From Zootoca vivipara (lineage: Eukaryota): DNA of 64,000 bases. Location: the NCBI RefSeq assembly GCF_963506605.1, contig NC_083276.1, positions 82,150,001 to 82,214,000 of the forward strand, read 5' to 3'. Every line of letters begins with the position of its first letter. The stretch's first letter is position 1. The notes under the pieces are model-generated. The model saw nothing but the letters and a program-made list of their open reading frames with translations. It was not told the origin of the DNA and did no database searches. Below, in pieces: positions 49,531 through 62,473 of the stretch. Position numbers and translations under genes: made by a program.

Positions 49531-49774
49531 GGGTGGAGTCCAACATTCTAAAATGAACATTCTATTAGTGCAAGGATTTCTGCTTGTGCAATGGAACTTT
49601 ACCCCCCCTTCTCCCCCCCCGTGCCCTCCCAATTTGTTTTTGGGGTTTCCCCAACCCTCCAGAGCAGGTTGGGGGAGGGCAAATGACATAAAAGAGACAG
49701 GGAGAAGAGTGAGAAGTCTCGCAGCACAAGCAGAAATCCTTGCACTGACGGGACAGGTTAGTTGTATACAGCCC
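49531..49774. mobile_element. Palindromic MITE (PIF/Harbinger-like)
   Basis: Perfect 23-bp inverted repeat AGTGCAAGGATTTCTGCTTGTGC / GCACAAGCAGAAATCCTTGCACT; degenerate termini. Confidence 0.55.
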
Positions 49775-51372
49775 AAAATATAAATAAATAAAAGCACAAA
49801 CAAACAAACAAACAAATAGTTTTGGAGTGTCACAAAAACATCCCAGTTGTGCTTCACATTCCCCAATGGCAAATCTTTCAGATACAGTAGTTGTAATTTG
49901 GCTCGCATTTGTCTACACCATGTAATTGGTAGGAATCAATGTTCATATGGGTCTGATGTCGTTTAGGGATAAGGTCCCAAAGCCGAGACTTTCCTCAATG
50001 GGATTGTCTTCTCCTTCTTAGTTCCAAAGATAGCAAAAGAAAAAACATTGTTTTGCTTTGATTATAGGAAGCTTCTATAGTATTCTGAGGTTGTTTTTTT
50101 TGGGGGGGGGGTTTAATTTATTTATTCTGGCAGAAGCATTTTGCTGTGTGCTCCACACAGAGAAACCCACCAAGCAATCAACATTAAACTGGAAAGAAAC
50201 AGAATGACAAAATGCTGAAGATGCAACTGAATGAAAATAAAGCAAGTACGTTCAGGTGCATTTCTAAGTCTAAGTGACGTAAGAAGCACACTGTGGTTAC
50301 TAGCAGTCTAATTTTTAAGCAGCTCTGTGTTTCTGCTTGCTGGCATATGCTTTAGTTACCAATATCTCTCCAGAAGCAGCTGTGAGAAAAGCATTTTTTT
50401 TTAAAAAAAAAGAACTAAAAGGAACAGATTGGATATTTAGAGAAGTACTGAACAAATGTATGCAGAAATAGCATGAGTGACCAGCTCAAATAAATAGCTG
50501 TTAAGGGGAAGATATAGGACCTGCATAGTAGTTTTGAAATTTCCTGCACTGCTTGTCTGATGATGAATTGTCATGCTATGGAGAGCTCATTCCCAGAGTG
50601 TGGATCTTTTGGTATCCAAAACATGAAACATGAGGGAGGTATTGGCAGACTTGGGGAAACCCTAAAGCTTTCTGGAGGACAAAGAATATTTAGCAAATGT
50701 CCCTAACCAAAGGGGACACAGCCCTCCCAAACAACCCAATGACATGGGCATGCATGGTGGACATGGAATGCTGACTGACTGTTGGGAAGGGGAGACAAAA
50801 AACTGGGTGGGGAAGGAAATTGGGTGATGGAATGCTGATCAGGAATACTGCAGACTGCAACACTTTGTGCCCAAGGATACTTGGCTGGTGCTCACTGGGA
50901 AGGTATGTAAAGGTGGGCAAGTCGCCTTGGAAAGAAGCTTGTATGTCATTGCTTGTTCTTAACAGGAAACAAATTATATACTTAGGCAGGTAAGATGGCA
51001 AATTGATATGAAAATGCAAAGGATCAGCAGGTAGAAAATAAACCATATTTACTTGGAAGTAAGTCTTATTTACATCAATGGAACCTCAGAAGAAATGGTC
51101 TCAAGATTTCAGTTTTAGGAATTAAACTATTTTTTTTGGAGGGGGATACTTTGCTGAAGATGCATTTAAATTAGATACAAAAAACAAAAGGTATACAGCA
51201 TTATTAAAATTAATGAAATGAGAGTAAATGTGGGATAGCCAACTCAGAATGAGTTTAAGTGGCTAAAGTATTGAGGTACTTCAATCTGTTCAGACCAGGA
51301 ATATATTTTTTTAAAAAATAATGTTTCATGTATATAGAATTTTTCAAACCCCAGAATATTTTGACTTCCATA

Positions 51373-51565
51373 TCATAGAATTGAAGAGTAGTTGTAAGGG
51401 ACCCCAAGGGTCATCTATTCCAACCTCCTGCAATGCAGGAATCACAGCAAAAACATCCCTAATAGATAGGCATCCAAACTCTATTTAAAAACCTCAAATG
51501 AAGCAGAATCCACCACTTTCTGAGATAGTCTATTCCAATATAAAACAGCTCTTACCGTCAGAAAG
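51373..51565 (-). mobile_element. CR1 LINE 3' fragment
   Basis: TCATAGAAT...GGGACCCCAAGGGTCATCTA.TCCAACC...AACAGCTCTTACCGTCAGAAAG. Confidence 0.75.
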
Positions 51566-52382
51566 ATATATACTAACACAGGCTGAGTGCCTAGTGATGA
51601 ACACAGCTGGGCTTGAATTCTAGCCAAGAACTACACTTGCTCATCTGTAAAAAGTCTGTCTCTTGCTTCTGGTTGGCATGAACACATTATGTTCTGTAGC
51701 ACAAACTGCCTCCAAAACCATGAGTTTACAGTAAGCAGGACTACTGCTGGAGCTTCTGTCCCTCAAAATTGCAAGGGTAAGCAGATCAGCAATCATATTT
51801 CAAATGTAAATACTACATCCCTTGACAAAGAATAAGTCGTGAAATATTTCTGGACTAAAGGATATTGCTAAAAAGGAAGTCCCGAAACTGTCCTGGAAAA
51901 AGACAATTCCACAACACAGCTAATTTTGCCCTTATTTGATGTGTATTCAGGTTCAGAACAAATCACCTGTCTCTTCTGAGGTTTTGTGAGCTACATGATA
52001 GTGATCATAGTTCTCTCACCTCCGTCCATGACTCTTGAGCAGTAAATTAGAGAAGCTTATTCATGAACCAGTATGAGCTGAGATCTCATGCCTACCGGTA
52101 ATATGTCCTAGACAATTGGCATGACTCCATGGTTAGACCTTTGTCTAGAACCCCAGTCAAGTCTACAATTCATAACTCTAGGTTATTCACTATAAACTAC
52201 GTGATTCTCATACTATACCAAAAACATTTTAATCTAGGTATGATAGTGTTACAAGTGATGCTGAAGCAGCCTGAAACTTTCTTACTGCAGACAGAGCATT
52301 ATGCTACCACTTCAGATACATCTGAAGAAATCTGCTTCTTCATTTTCCTTTGACAGAAAGTTAGAAGGAGCCCCAAGCATTA

Positions 52383-52740
52383 AGGTAAAGGGTAAAGGGA
52401 CCCCTGACCATTAGGTCCAGTCGTGACCGACTCTGGGGTTGCGCGCTCATCTCGCATTATTGGCCGAGGGAGCCGGCGTATAGCTTCCAGGTCATGTGGC
52501 CAGCATGACAAAGCCGCTTCTGGTAAACCAGAGCAGCACATGGAAACACCGTTTACCTTCCCGCCGGAGCGGTACCTATTTATCTACTTGCACTTTGATG
52601 TGCTTTCGAACTGTTAGGTTGGCAGGAGCTGGGACTGAGCAACGGGAGCTCACCCCATTGCAGGGATTCGAACCGCCAACCTTCTGATCAGCAAGCCCTA
52701 GGCTCTGTGGTTTCACCCACAAACCCACAGCGCCACCTGC
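52383..52740 (-). mobile_element. Sauria SINE, near full length, in an OR 5' intron
   Basis: (AAAGGT)n tail, full core, B-box GGTTCGAATCC on the minus strand; short duplication GCATTA. Confidence 0.92.
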
Positions 52741-52880
52741 ATTATCTGGATACAAATATTTGAGTTTTGGAAAAGAGAAGTAAACCTGGTTGTTAATGTT
52801 TATCCAATATGCCTACCTTGAGATGTTAAAAGGAGAAACAATATTGACTTCTGTGTTCTTCCCATCTCCACAGCGTCACC

Positions 52881-53873
52881 ATGATGCAGACAGAAAACAT
52901 CACGTTGGTGAACAGCTTCATACTCACAGGGCTAACAGACCTTCCTCAGTTGCAATTTGCCCTCTTTGTGATCTTTTGTGTTGTATATTCCACTACCCTG
53001 GTGGGGAATCTGGGCATGATTCTCTTAATCCGGTCCAGCCCACAACTGCAAACCCCAATGTACTTCTTACTTGGCAACCTGTCTTTCTTGGACATCTGTT
53101 ACTCCTCATCTGTCACCCCAAAGTGCCTAACCAATCTCTTAAGGGAGAAGAAAGAAATTTCTTTTGCTGATTGTTTTACTCAGCTTTTCTTTTATGGTGT
53201 ATTTGCCACCACTGAGTGTTACCTGCTGGCAGTGATGGCCTATGACCGCTACGTGGCTATCTGCAACCCGCTGCTCTACTTAATCACCATGTCCCAAAGA
53301 AAGTGCATTGAGCTAGTTGCTCTTTCCTATGCAGCTGGAACAATAAATGCTTTGGTGCACACCATTGCTGCATCAAGACTATCCTTCTGTGGACCAAACA
53401 TCATTCAGAATTTTTACTGTGAAGTTCCTCCCATACTGGAGCTGGCCTGCTCAGATATCAGTCTCAATGAAATCTTGCTCTTTGTCTTTGTCGGTTTCAA
53501 TATAACTATAACCATTATAATTGTCCTCACCTCTTACACCTGCATCCTGGTCACTATTTTAAAGATACAGTCCACTAAGAGCAAAAGCAAAGCCTTTTCC
53601 ACCTGCACTTCTCACCTCATGGTCATCACCATCTTTTTTGGCTGTGCTAGCTTCATGTATGCAAGACCTAGTTCCAGGCAGAACCACCACCTAGACAAAA
53701 TGGCCTCTGTGTTCTACGTAGTGATGACTCCCATGCTGAACCCCTTGATCTACAGCCTGAGGAACCAGGAAGTCAGGAGTGCCTTCCGAAAAATCCTGGG
53801 AAGGAAAGCTCCTTCTCAGTCTAGGCTGATACCTTCCATACAAGTTGGACCTTCTCCAGATCACAGGAGATAG
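52881..53873 (+). CDS. Olfactory receptor, class II (family 5/8-like), 330 aa
   Basis: Intact ORF with [35 protein letters not shown]; acceptor CAG at 52871-52873. Confidence 0.95.
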   Translation: MMQTENITLVNSFILTGLTDLPQLQFALFVIFCVVYSTTLVGNLGMILLIRSSPQLQTPMYFLLGNLSFLDICYSSSVTPKCLTNLLREKKEISFADCFTQLFFYGVFATTECYLLAVMAYDRYVAICNPLLYLITMSQRKCIELVALSYAAGTINALVHTIAASRLSFCGPNIIQNFYCEVPPILELACSDISLNEILLFVFVGFNITITIIIVLTSYTCILVTILKIQSTKSKSKAFSTCTSHLMVITIFFGCASFMYARPSSRQNHHLDKMASVFYVVMTPMLNPLIYSLRNQEVRSAFRKILGRKAPSQSRLIPSIQVGPSPDHRR

Positions 53874-54142
53874 CACTATATGTAAAAGGATTGTCTGTAA
53901 CGTCTAGACTCATAACATGCAAATAAATTTGGTCTGCTTTTTGTTTACAGTTACAGTTAAGCATGTGCAGTCTTTTAGTTGGACACGACTAAACGACTAA
54001 ACAACAACAAGAAGCTGATGCTTCACCAGCATGCTGGCAGACCCTCCTCTTTCTTTACAATGCCTTAGGAACCATGCTGCATCATGGTATAGCATCATTC
54101 CAAGTTCCAAGATTTTCTTGGGGCAGGTGTCTCAATGCACAT

Positions 54143-54356
54143 TTGTGAGTCGAGGACCCGCCACCCGCTTGAAGAAATAAAGACACAAGGACATGATGTA
54201 TTCAGGTTAATGGGGGGGGGGAAGAGGCCACAACTTTATTAGTTACAGCATGTGAGTGGTATTGGCTTAGGCATTGGATCAAACAAGCTATACATGATTC
54301 CACCCCGCTCGGCGGGGAGTCATTCAAGGATTAACAACCAGAAGGTGGAGCCTGTT
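54143..54356 (-). mobile_element. Ngaro/DIRS-like 3' terminal fragment
   Basis: Reverse complement contains CCAATGCCTAAGCCAA...AATAAAGTTGTGGCC (54226-54240). Confidence 0.55.
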
Positions 54357-54374
54357 GATGCTGCATCATGGTAT

Positions 54375-54489
54375 TTTTGTTGTTGTTGTTTAGTCGTTTA
54401 GTCGTGTCCGACTCTTCGTGACCCCATGGACCAGAGCACGCCAGGCACTCCTGTTTTTCACTGCCTCCTGCAGTTTTGTCAAATTCATG
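54375..54489 (-). mobile_element. Bov-B 3' fragment
   Basis: (CAA)n tail; 13-bp TSD TGCATCATGGTAT. Confidence 0.9.
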
Positions 54490-54966
54490 TGCATCATGGT
54501 ATAGCATCATTCAAAGCTGCAAGATTTTCTTGGGGCAAGTGTCTTGATACACACTTGTAGATTACTTCTCTGTGTTCCAGGAATAAGCTCATCCAGAACA
54601 TGAACGACTATGAGAACTTTAATTATGCCAAGGCCAGGGTAGAGAGACTGCTGTCTGCCTGGGAGAGCTAGCCCCAAACTAGCATGCTGTTCACAATACT
54701 CAGGAACACAGCAATACTACCTTCTGTTCATTTGATCTCGCTAGTGGAGTGTCCTCGTAAAGTACACAGAGAGTAACAGAAATGAGAACAGCACTTTCCC
54801 AGAAACGGAGCTTTATTCATAAGTGCAGTATAGCAAGTACTACTTTAGTAGTACATTAAACTGCAAAGGCAACCCCAGAGATGGGGTCTAGAGAGAGGAG
54901 ATGGGAGAGTATAAATATTTTGGATGGTAGAGGGTGGGAGATTTCAATGAGTGGCAACTGAAATGC

Positions 54967-54967
<1 letters not shown>

Positions 54968-55027
<60 letters not shown>
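54968..55027. repeat. (GT)n(GA)n microsatellite
   Basis: Seen directly. Confidence 0.95.
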
Positions 55028-55030
<3 letters not shown>

Positions 55031-55404
55031 ATATATTTCCTTCTTTACAGTCCACCCACATTTCCCCCCAAGTAACACACATGCACACCCTTAAGATATG
55101 TACTTAAGCCTTTTTCAACAATTATCCACACACCTACTTGCCACCACCAGCAACACTAATAGAGTGATCCTGTCCTGGGCGAAAGGAAGGTAACATCCAT
55201 ACCTTCCTTACCCAGACTCTGCTGCCTGCATTTTGAAAGTTAGGTGCATTGGATACAGACCCTGATGCTTCAGAAAATATAACTTGATATACAAAAAGTT
55301 ATGTTACTCAAATGTTTTTTCTGGGTATGGGGCAACTGCAGTTTGGCCCCCATTGACTTCACGGGGTCAATATTAGATAAATGTTACATATCGTCATGTA
55401 AGTA

Positions 55405-55683
55405 TGTGCTTGGGATCTGAGGTACTTCAGGGAGCATCAAGATTTTCCCACTAGTCATAATGAAAGCCAAGTTAACATAATTGTTTGTCATTATGGTAAA
55501 AAAAAGCCCTAGAGCCATGAAGAGTTGGAATATATCTGGCTTCTTTCAAACTGCTAGATGGATTTTGCTATTCGTTTCACAAGGACTCAGGTTCACTTGC
55601 ATTCAGGCGAGAAATCGGCTTGAAAGAAACAGAAGGCTTCGAACTATTGAAGACACAATGAAGCTTCAAGAAAGAGAGTAAGT
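55405..55683 (+). promoter_or_regulatory. Candidate promoter and non-coding exon 1 of OR 56999-57988
   Basis: Block paralogous to 62010-62268 and about 50130-50300; conserved donor GTAAGT at 55678. Confidence 0.5.
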
Positions 55684-56998
55684 TCAGGAGCATTTGTGAA
55701 AAAAGCATTGTGGTTACTAATCCAACTACCTGACTGTTGCTTCATACTGTTGTTGCCTGAGATAAATATGGGGTTATAAGAAATTGCCTTAAATCATTAT
55801 AAAAGGGACAACTCAGTAAAATGTGTTCTGTGGATTCTACCTCACCCAAGGCTCAATGGCACATTCTCTGACCGTAGGGGACTCCAAATCTTCCCCTCAA
55901 AACCGCCAAATCAAGGACATTCAGTCTAGCCGCTGTAAGTAGTCTGCGGTATTCCACATATTTTTATGTATCCATCTGATGCCTTCAGTTTTATATTTTT
56001 ATATTTGTATTGAGAAATGTTTTTTTTTCCTTTCTGACTATCGGTCGAATAAAGTATATTGAATTGAATTGTTGTTGCCTGAATATGCTTTAGACACAAA
56101 CACACACACATCATTCCAACCGCAGATCTTAACAAGTTAGTATTTTTCATTTTGGCAAATAAGGAACAAAGAGAACGGTTGGGAACTTGAAAGAAGCATT
56201 CACTGGTGAAATCTCTGCAGATACAGCAGAGCATCAGCAATTAATTCTCAAAACAGGAAAGATTTAGGGCAGCCTAACTCAAGGTGGTGCCCATCAGAAT
56301 TTTAGATTGCAACTCCCAACTTCCCTGATCATTGAACATGTTGGCTGGAAATGACTGTAGTTCAAGAATATCTGGAGGGCCCCAGGTTCGGAAAGGCTGC
56401 TCTAAGCAATAGTGTTCAGTCTTCCTACTGGTCAAGACCTGTTGTTTTTTTTGGTGGTCTGTTTGGAACTATGTACATCTGCATTGAAATGGAAGGCACA
56501 CTTTGGTTATGAGGGCTCTAATACATGGTTGAAGTCAACAGGCTTCTTGGCTGTGAGTTTCTTCCTCTTTGAGACTTTATATATACAGTATTTTGGTTGT
56601 ATAATAACATATGGCTCTGCAATGTCTGACATTCCTATTCTGCTACAAAAACCTAACAGACAACAATCTGTTATTATATTTCATTGCAGCTTATCTTGCT
56701 TAAAACCAAAGCCTATTCAAAACACTGTTCACTATCAATGTATGTCCAGTATATTTAGGAAATGTTATTGATGTGTTAATGCTGTACAATCATACAGGAT
56801 GTTTTTCGCTGTGTGGGCACATCTAACAGAACAAAAAGCTACTTCTGAGGAATAGTGCGATCTCTCCACCTTCTCCAACACTTTGATACAACATGAGAGA
56901 GGAATTTGGGCTTTTTTCCAGTATTTTAGTTCTTGGGATTCTAAAAGAAAAAGCAACGCTGATTTCTGTGTTCTTCCCTTCTCCACAGTGTCACCGTG

Positions 56999-57988
56999 AT
57001 GCAAACAGGAAACAACACGTTGGTGAACAGCTTCATACTCACAGGGCTAACAGACCTTCCTCAGCTGCAAATCACCCTCTTTGTGATCTTCTGTGTTGTC
57101 TATTCCACCACCCTGGTGGGGAATCTGGGCATGATTCTCTTAATCAGGTCCACCTCACAACTTCACACCCCAATGTACTTCTTACTTGGCAACCTGTCTT
57201 TCTTGGACATCTGTTACTCCTCATCTGTCACCCCAAAGTTTCTTTCCAATATCTTAAAAGTGAAGAAAGAAATTTCTTTTGCTGGTTGTTTTACCCAGCT
57301 TTTCTTTTATGCTGCATTTGGCACCACTGAGGGTTACCTGCTGGCAGTGATGGCCTATGACCGCTACGTGGCTATCTGCAACCCACTGCTCTACTTAATC
57401 ACCATGTCCCAAAGAAAGTGTATGCAGCTAGTAGGTCTTTCCTATGCAGCTGGGACAATAAATGCTTTGGTGCACACCATTGCTGCATCAAGACTATCCT
57501 TCTGTGGACCAAACATCATCAATAATTTTTACTGTGAAATTCCTCCCATTCTGGAGCTGGCCTGCTCAGACATCAGTCTCAATGAAATCTTGCTCTTTGT
57601 CTTTGTTGGGTTCAATATAATAATAACCATTACGATTGTGCTCACCTCTTACACCTACATCCTGGTCACTATCATAAAAGTTGATTCCACTAAGAGCAGA
57701 AGAAAAGCCTTTTCCACCTGCACATCTCACCTCATGGTTGTCACCATTTTCTACGGCTCTGTTAGCTTCATGTACACACGTCCCAGTTCTAGGCAGAATC
57801 ACCACCTTGATAAAATAGCCTCAGTGTTCTATATAGTGGTGACTCCCATGCTGAACCCTTTGATCTACAGTCTGAGGAATCAGGAAGTCAGGATTGCCTT
57901 TCGAAAAATCCTGGGAAGAAAAGCTGCTTTTCAGTCTAGGATGGTACATTCAATACAAGTTTTACCTTCTCCAGATCACAGGAGATAA
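56999..57988 (+). CDS. Olfactory receptor, class II, 329 aa; paralog of 52881-53873
   Basis: Intact ORF. The paralog's first ATG is GTG here, so the likely start is ATG 56999. Acceptor CAG at 56986-56988. Confidence 0.95.
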   Translation: MQTGNNTLVNSFILTGLTDLPQLQITLFVIFCVVYSTTLVGNLGMILLIRSTSQLHTPMYFLLGNLSFLDICYSSSVTPKFLSNILKVKKEISFAGCFTQLFFYAAFGTTEGYLLAVMAYDRYVAICNPLLYLITMSQRKCMQLVGLSYAAGTINALVHTIAASRLSFCGPNIINNFYCEIPPILELACSDISLNEILLFVFVGFNIIITITIVLTSYTYILVTIIKVDSTKSRRKAFSTCTSHLMVVTIFYGSVSFMYTRPSSRQNHHLDKIASVFYIVVTPMLNPLIYSLRNQEVRIAFRKILGRKAAFQSRMVHSIQVLPSPDHRR

Positions 57989-58471
57989 CACTTCAGGTAA
58001 AAGCAGCTCTGATAGAATATGGTCCATAAGTTTTAGTCTCATAATAAGCAAATAAAACTATTCTGCTGTGCAAAAAGATCATTAGAATTCAAAGCCAGCT
58101 TTAAATCCTCAAATGAAATAGTTTCTCTGGATAAAATCTGATATAGAATTTTATATGATATTCTAGCAACACTTGAGGGAGAAATCAAAGAAGAAATAAG
58201 CATTTCACTAAGACTACAGTATCCAACACTATGTTGCCAGCAACTGGAACATCTCCAGACGTAACCAAGTTGGAAATATAAATGAATCAAAGGCTTCTGA
58301 GTGCGGAGAACAGAAAAAAGGGGACTTCCTTGAACTGAGATTAGCAGAGCAATTGCAAACTGAAACTGAGAGTGTACTTGAATCCAGTTGCACCGTGCGA
58401 GAGCTAACATTTTCTGACAAGGAACTCCTTCTCTGAATGTTGATCCTTATATAAGCAAGACAGCAACATCC

Positions 58472-59108
58472 ATGCACAAGAATGAGTCATCAAAAATCAA
58501 CAAGGCACTGCAGCATCTGACCGAGTGTTGCGGAGGACGTGCCATTTCCCATCCTGATATAAAATGTGATAAGTTGGACTTTAACAGATCCAACAGCATC
58601 CACCTAACTCCTGCAGGGAATGAGTGCTGGATAGCGGATGTGTTTCACGGCATCTCCCATTGCCTGCAGTTGTAGGTGGTTTGGCGGTGAGACATCTTAA
58701 CCGTCTGGCTGTTAAGGCATTGAGTTGAAGCCTAGCCTTCAAGCGTGGGGTGATGTGGTGCATCACCCACTATGATCCAGCGGCGTTTTCAGGGTACCCT
58801 GTTGAAGGAGTCTTGGTGGATGTCCCTGTCCTGAAGGCAAGTGTGCGGCAGATGGGCCTTAGGGCTTCCAGTGGTGGCCTTAGGATGGCCGACTCGGTAG
58901 ATCGACATCTTGTGGAGGCTTTGATCCTGGCATGACCCTGCAGCTGGAAAGTTTGGAAAGTCCTCCAGCAGGAGGTTGGAATGGATACACCCAATGCCTG
59001 AGCCAAAATTCCTCCTACATTCTGTAATCAATAAAGTTGTGGCCATTATTAATCCAGATTGTTGTCTGCCGGAGTTATTGATCATATATTACATATAGAC
59101 ACTGACAC
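58472..59108 (+). mobile_element. Ngaro-like (tyrosine-recombinase) retrotransposon 3' portion with SGNH-hydrolase remnant
   Basis: ORF end KINKAL...GGRAISHPDI...RSNSIHLTPAGNECWIADV resembles the block-V DGxHL motif; followed by AATAAAGTTGTGGCC at 59030-59044. Confidence 0.65.
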
Positions 59109-59316
59109 AGGGTGGGCGGCACTGCCCCTGGGGCCACAACTAAATATGCACACCACATGTTTTTGTGGACAGAACCTCTGTGCCTTTTAAAAGCTGCATA
59201 ACAGAACAAGAGATGAGCCCTTTTCCATTATTGCATCTTTAAGTGGAGGCTCATATGGTCTGGGAACACCAGGTGAGAGAATTACAGGGATGTATGGAGA
59301 AGCTATGGACATTTCT

Positions 59317-59633
59317 ACAGGGGCGCAGGTGCAGGTGGCGCTGTGGGTTAAACCTCAGAGCCCAGGCTTGCTGCTCAGAAGGTCAGCAGTTCCAATCCCC
59401 GCAACACTTTGAAAGCACATCAAAGTGCAAGTAGATAAATAGGTACCGCTACAGCCGGAAGGTAAACGGCGTTTCCATGAGCTGCTCTGGTTCGCCAGAA
59501 GTGGCTTTGTCATGCTGGCAAAATGACCTGGAAGCTGTACGCCGGCTCCCTCGGCCAATAATACGAGATGAGCACCGCAACCCCAGAGTCGGTCACGACT
59601 GGACCTAATGGTCAGGGGTCCCTTTACCTTTAC
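59317..59633 (+). mobile_element. Sauria SINE with internal deletion
   Basis: Head GGTGGCGCTGTGGGTTAAACC, tail CCTTTACCTTTAC; 14-bp TSD CTATGGACATTTCT. Confidence 0.92.
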
Positions 59634-59659
59634 CTATGGACATTTCTGGACAAGCTATG

Positions 59660-60120
59660 GACAATTCTATTTCTATACAACTTTTGCCACAAAAGAGTAT
59701 TACCTCCTGGCTGCTATGGCATATGACTGGTACATGGCCATCTGCAATCCACTCATCTACACAATCACCATGTCTCAGAAGGTTTATATTTATCTGGTGG
59801 CTGGTTCAAACACTGCCGGCTCTGTCTGTTCCCTGATACACAAAGGTTGTTTGACTCATTTAAAGTTCTGTGGCCCTAATGTCATTGAACATTTTACTGT
59901 GAAAGTTCTCCACTATTTCAGCTTTCCTGTTCTGATACAAGTGTCAATGAGTTTGTGGTGTTTGCATATGTTAGCTTTAACCTGAAAAGCACCCATTTGA
60001 CAGTCCTTTGACCGTGACACTCTTCTATCATTGTCACTATTTTGAGAATCCGCTCAGCTGAGGGCAGGCACAAAGCCGTCCCACCTGCTCCTCTCACCTG
60101 CTGGCTGTCATCATCCTTCT
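59660..60120 (+). pseudogene. OR pseudogene fragment (TM3-TM6)
   Basis: EYYLLAAMAYDWYMAICNPLIY...FCGPNVIEHF, then frameshifts and stops, then LSCSDTSVNE...ILRIRSAEGRHKA/TCSSHLLAV. Confidence 0.9.
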
Positions 60121-60188
60121 AACCCCTTTGAGAATTAGATTGATTGGCTGCGTGAGTTAGTGCCATTTGAGTTATTATAACCTTATAT

Positions 60189-61887
60189 CCCCTTCATGGA
60201 TCAATGCCATGTCATGGCGAAGGGGCTTGAATAACTCAGAGAAGCTATGAGCTATGCCGTGCAGGGCCACCCAAGATGGACAGGTCATAGTGGAGAGTTT
60301 TGACTAAACGTGATCCATCTGGAGAAGGAACTGGCAAGCCACTCCAGTATCCCTACCAAGAAAACTCCATGGACAAAGACAACAGGCATATAAAAATTAT
60401 GACACTGGAAGATGAGCCCCTCAGGTCAGAAGGCGTCCAACATGCTACTGAGGAAGAGCAGAGGACAAGTACAAGTAGATGCTGTTAAGGTGCTACACCC
60501 AATATGCCAGCAAGTTTGGAAAACTCAGCAATGGCCAGAGGATTGGAGAAGATCAGTCTACATCCCAATCCCAAAGAAGGGCAGTGCCAAAGAATGCTCC
60601 AACTGCCGCACAATTGCCCTCATTTCACACGCTAGCAAGGTTATGCTTAAAATTCTACAAGGCAGGCTTAGGCAGTATGTGGACCGAGAACTCCCAGAAG
60701 TGCAAGCTGGATTTCGAAGGGGCAGAGGAACCAGAGACCAAATAGCAAACATGCGCTGGATTATGGAGAAAGCTAGAGAGTTCCAGAAAAACACCTACTT
60801 CTGCTTCATTGACTATGCAAAAGCCTTTGACTGTGTTGACCACAGCAAACTATGGCAAGTTCTTAAAGAAATGGGAGCCTGATCACCTCATCTGTCTCCT
60901 GAGAAATCTCTATGTGGGACAAGAAGGTACAGTTAGAACTGGATATGGAACAACCGATTGGTTCAAAATTGGGAAAGGAGTACGACAAGGTTGTATATTG
61001 TCTCCCTACTTATTTAACTTATATGCAGAATTCATCATGCGAAAGGCTGGACTAGATGAATCCCAAGCCGGAATTAAGATTCCCGGAAGAAATATCAACA
61101 ACCTCAGATATGCAGATGACACAACCTTGATGGCAGAAAGTGAGGAGGAATTAAAGAACCTTTTAATGAGGGTGAAAGAGGAGAGCGCAAAATATGATCT
61201 GAAGCTCAACATCAAAAAAACCAAGATCATGGCCACTGGTCCCATTACCTCCTGGCAAATAGAAGGGGAAGAAATGGAGGCAGTGAGAGATTTTACTTTA
61301 TTGGGCTCCTTGATCATTGCAGATGGTGACAGCAGTCACGAAATTAAAAGACACCTGCTTCTTGGGAGAAAAGCAATGACAAACCTAGACAGCATCTTAA
61401 AAAGCAGACATCACCTTGCCGACAAAGGTCCGTATAGTTAAAGCTATGGTTTTCCCAGTAGTGATGTATGGAAGTGAGAGCTGGACCACAAAGAAGGCTG
61501 ATCGCCGAAGAATTGATGCTTTTGAATTATGGTGCTGGAGGAGACTCTTGAGAGTACCAAGGACTGCAAGAAGATCAAACCTATCCATTCTGAAGGAAAT
61601 CAGCCCTGAGTGCTCACTGGAAGGACAGATCCTGAAGCTGAGGCTCCAATACTTTGGCCACCTCATGTGAAGAGAAGTCTCCCTGGAAAAGACCCTGATG
61701 TTGGGAAAGATTGAGGGCACAAGGAGAAGGGGACGACAGAGGATGAGATGGTTGGACAGTGTTCTCGAAGCTACGAACATGAGTTTGACCAAACTGCGGG
61801 AGGCAGTGGAAGACAGGAGTGCCTGGCGTGCTATGGTCCATGGGTCACAAAGAGTCGGACACGACTAAATGACTAAACAACAACAAC
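60189..61887 (+). mobile_element. Bov-B (RTE) LINE with both ends but a large internal deletion
   Basis: Bov-B-like 5' region joined near 60478 to the RT region (FIDYAKAFD, GVRQGCILSP, YADD); (CAA)n tail; TSD AACCTTATAT; frameshifts present. Confidence 0.92.
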
Positions 61888-62009
61888 AACCTTATATACC
61901 AAGATTACCATTTCTCAAGCGGTCTTTCAGAATGTGTGAGGGATTTTAATTTTGCTGCCATCATCTTCACTAGATGACTATGAGGTCAATTTTAGATATT
62001 TTCTTGTAT

Positions 62010-62268
62010 GTTCTTGGGATTTGAGGTACTTCAGGGAGGCTTAAGATTTCCCCAATGATCCCAAAGAAAACCAAGGCAACAGCATTGTCTGCTGTGACAA
62101 TAAAAAGCCCTAGAGTCAAATAGATCTAGCTTTCTTCATATCACTAGAAGCATTTTGCTATTGGTTTCACAAGTCAGTGTTTCACCCTCACCGAAGACTC
62201 AGCTTGAAAGAGTCAGAAAGCTTCAAGCTATTAAAGACACAACTGAACTTCGAGGAAGACAGTAAGTT
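62010..62268 (+). promoter_or_regulatory. Candidate promoter and non-coding exon 1 of an OR beyond the window
   Basis: Paralogous to 55405-55683; donor GTAAGT at 62262. Confidence 0.45.
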
Positions 62269-62473
62269 CCAATGTATTTTTTCAGTCATGAGAGAAGGCC
62301 ATTGCAACACTAGCACAACTGTTTTTCTGCCACTGCATATTAGTAATGCTGGAGTAAGCTTTAGCCATACATAATATTTCACTAGCAACTAGTTATGTGT
62401 TTTGGGAAATAAGAAAGGATGAACCATTTGAATCATCAGAGAAGCATTAATTGATGTACCCTCTGCAGATACA

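Noticed and set aside
56996-56998. GTG start given in the ORF track
   Set aside because: An in-frame ATG follows immediately, so the gene is neither GTG-initiated nor a pseudogene.
60412-61670. RT ORFs as a retron or other novel RT system
   Set aside because: Frameshifted Bov-B LINE sequence with its typical tail and TSD.
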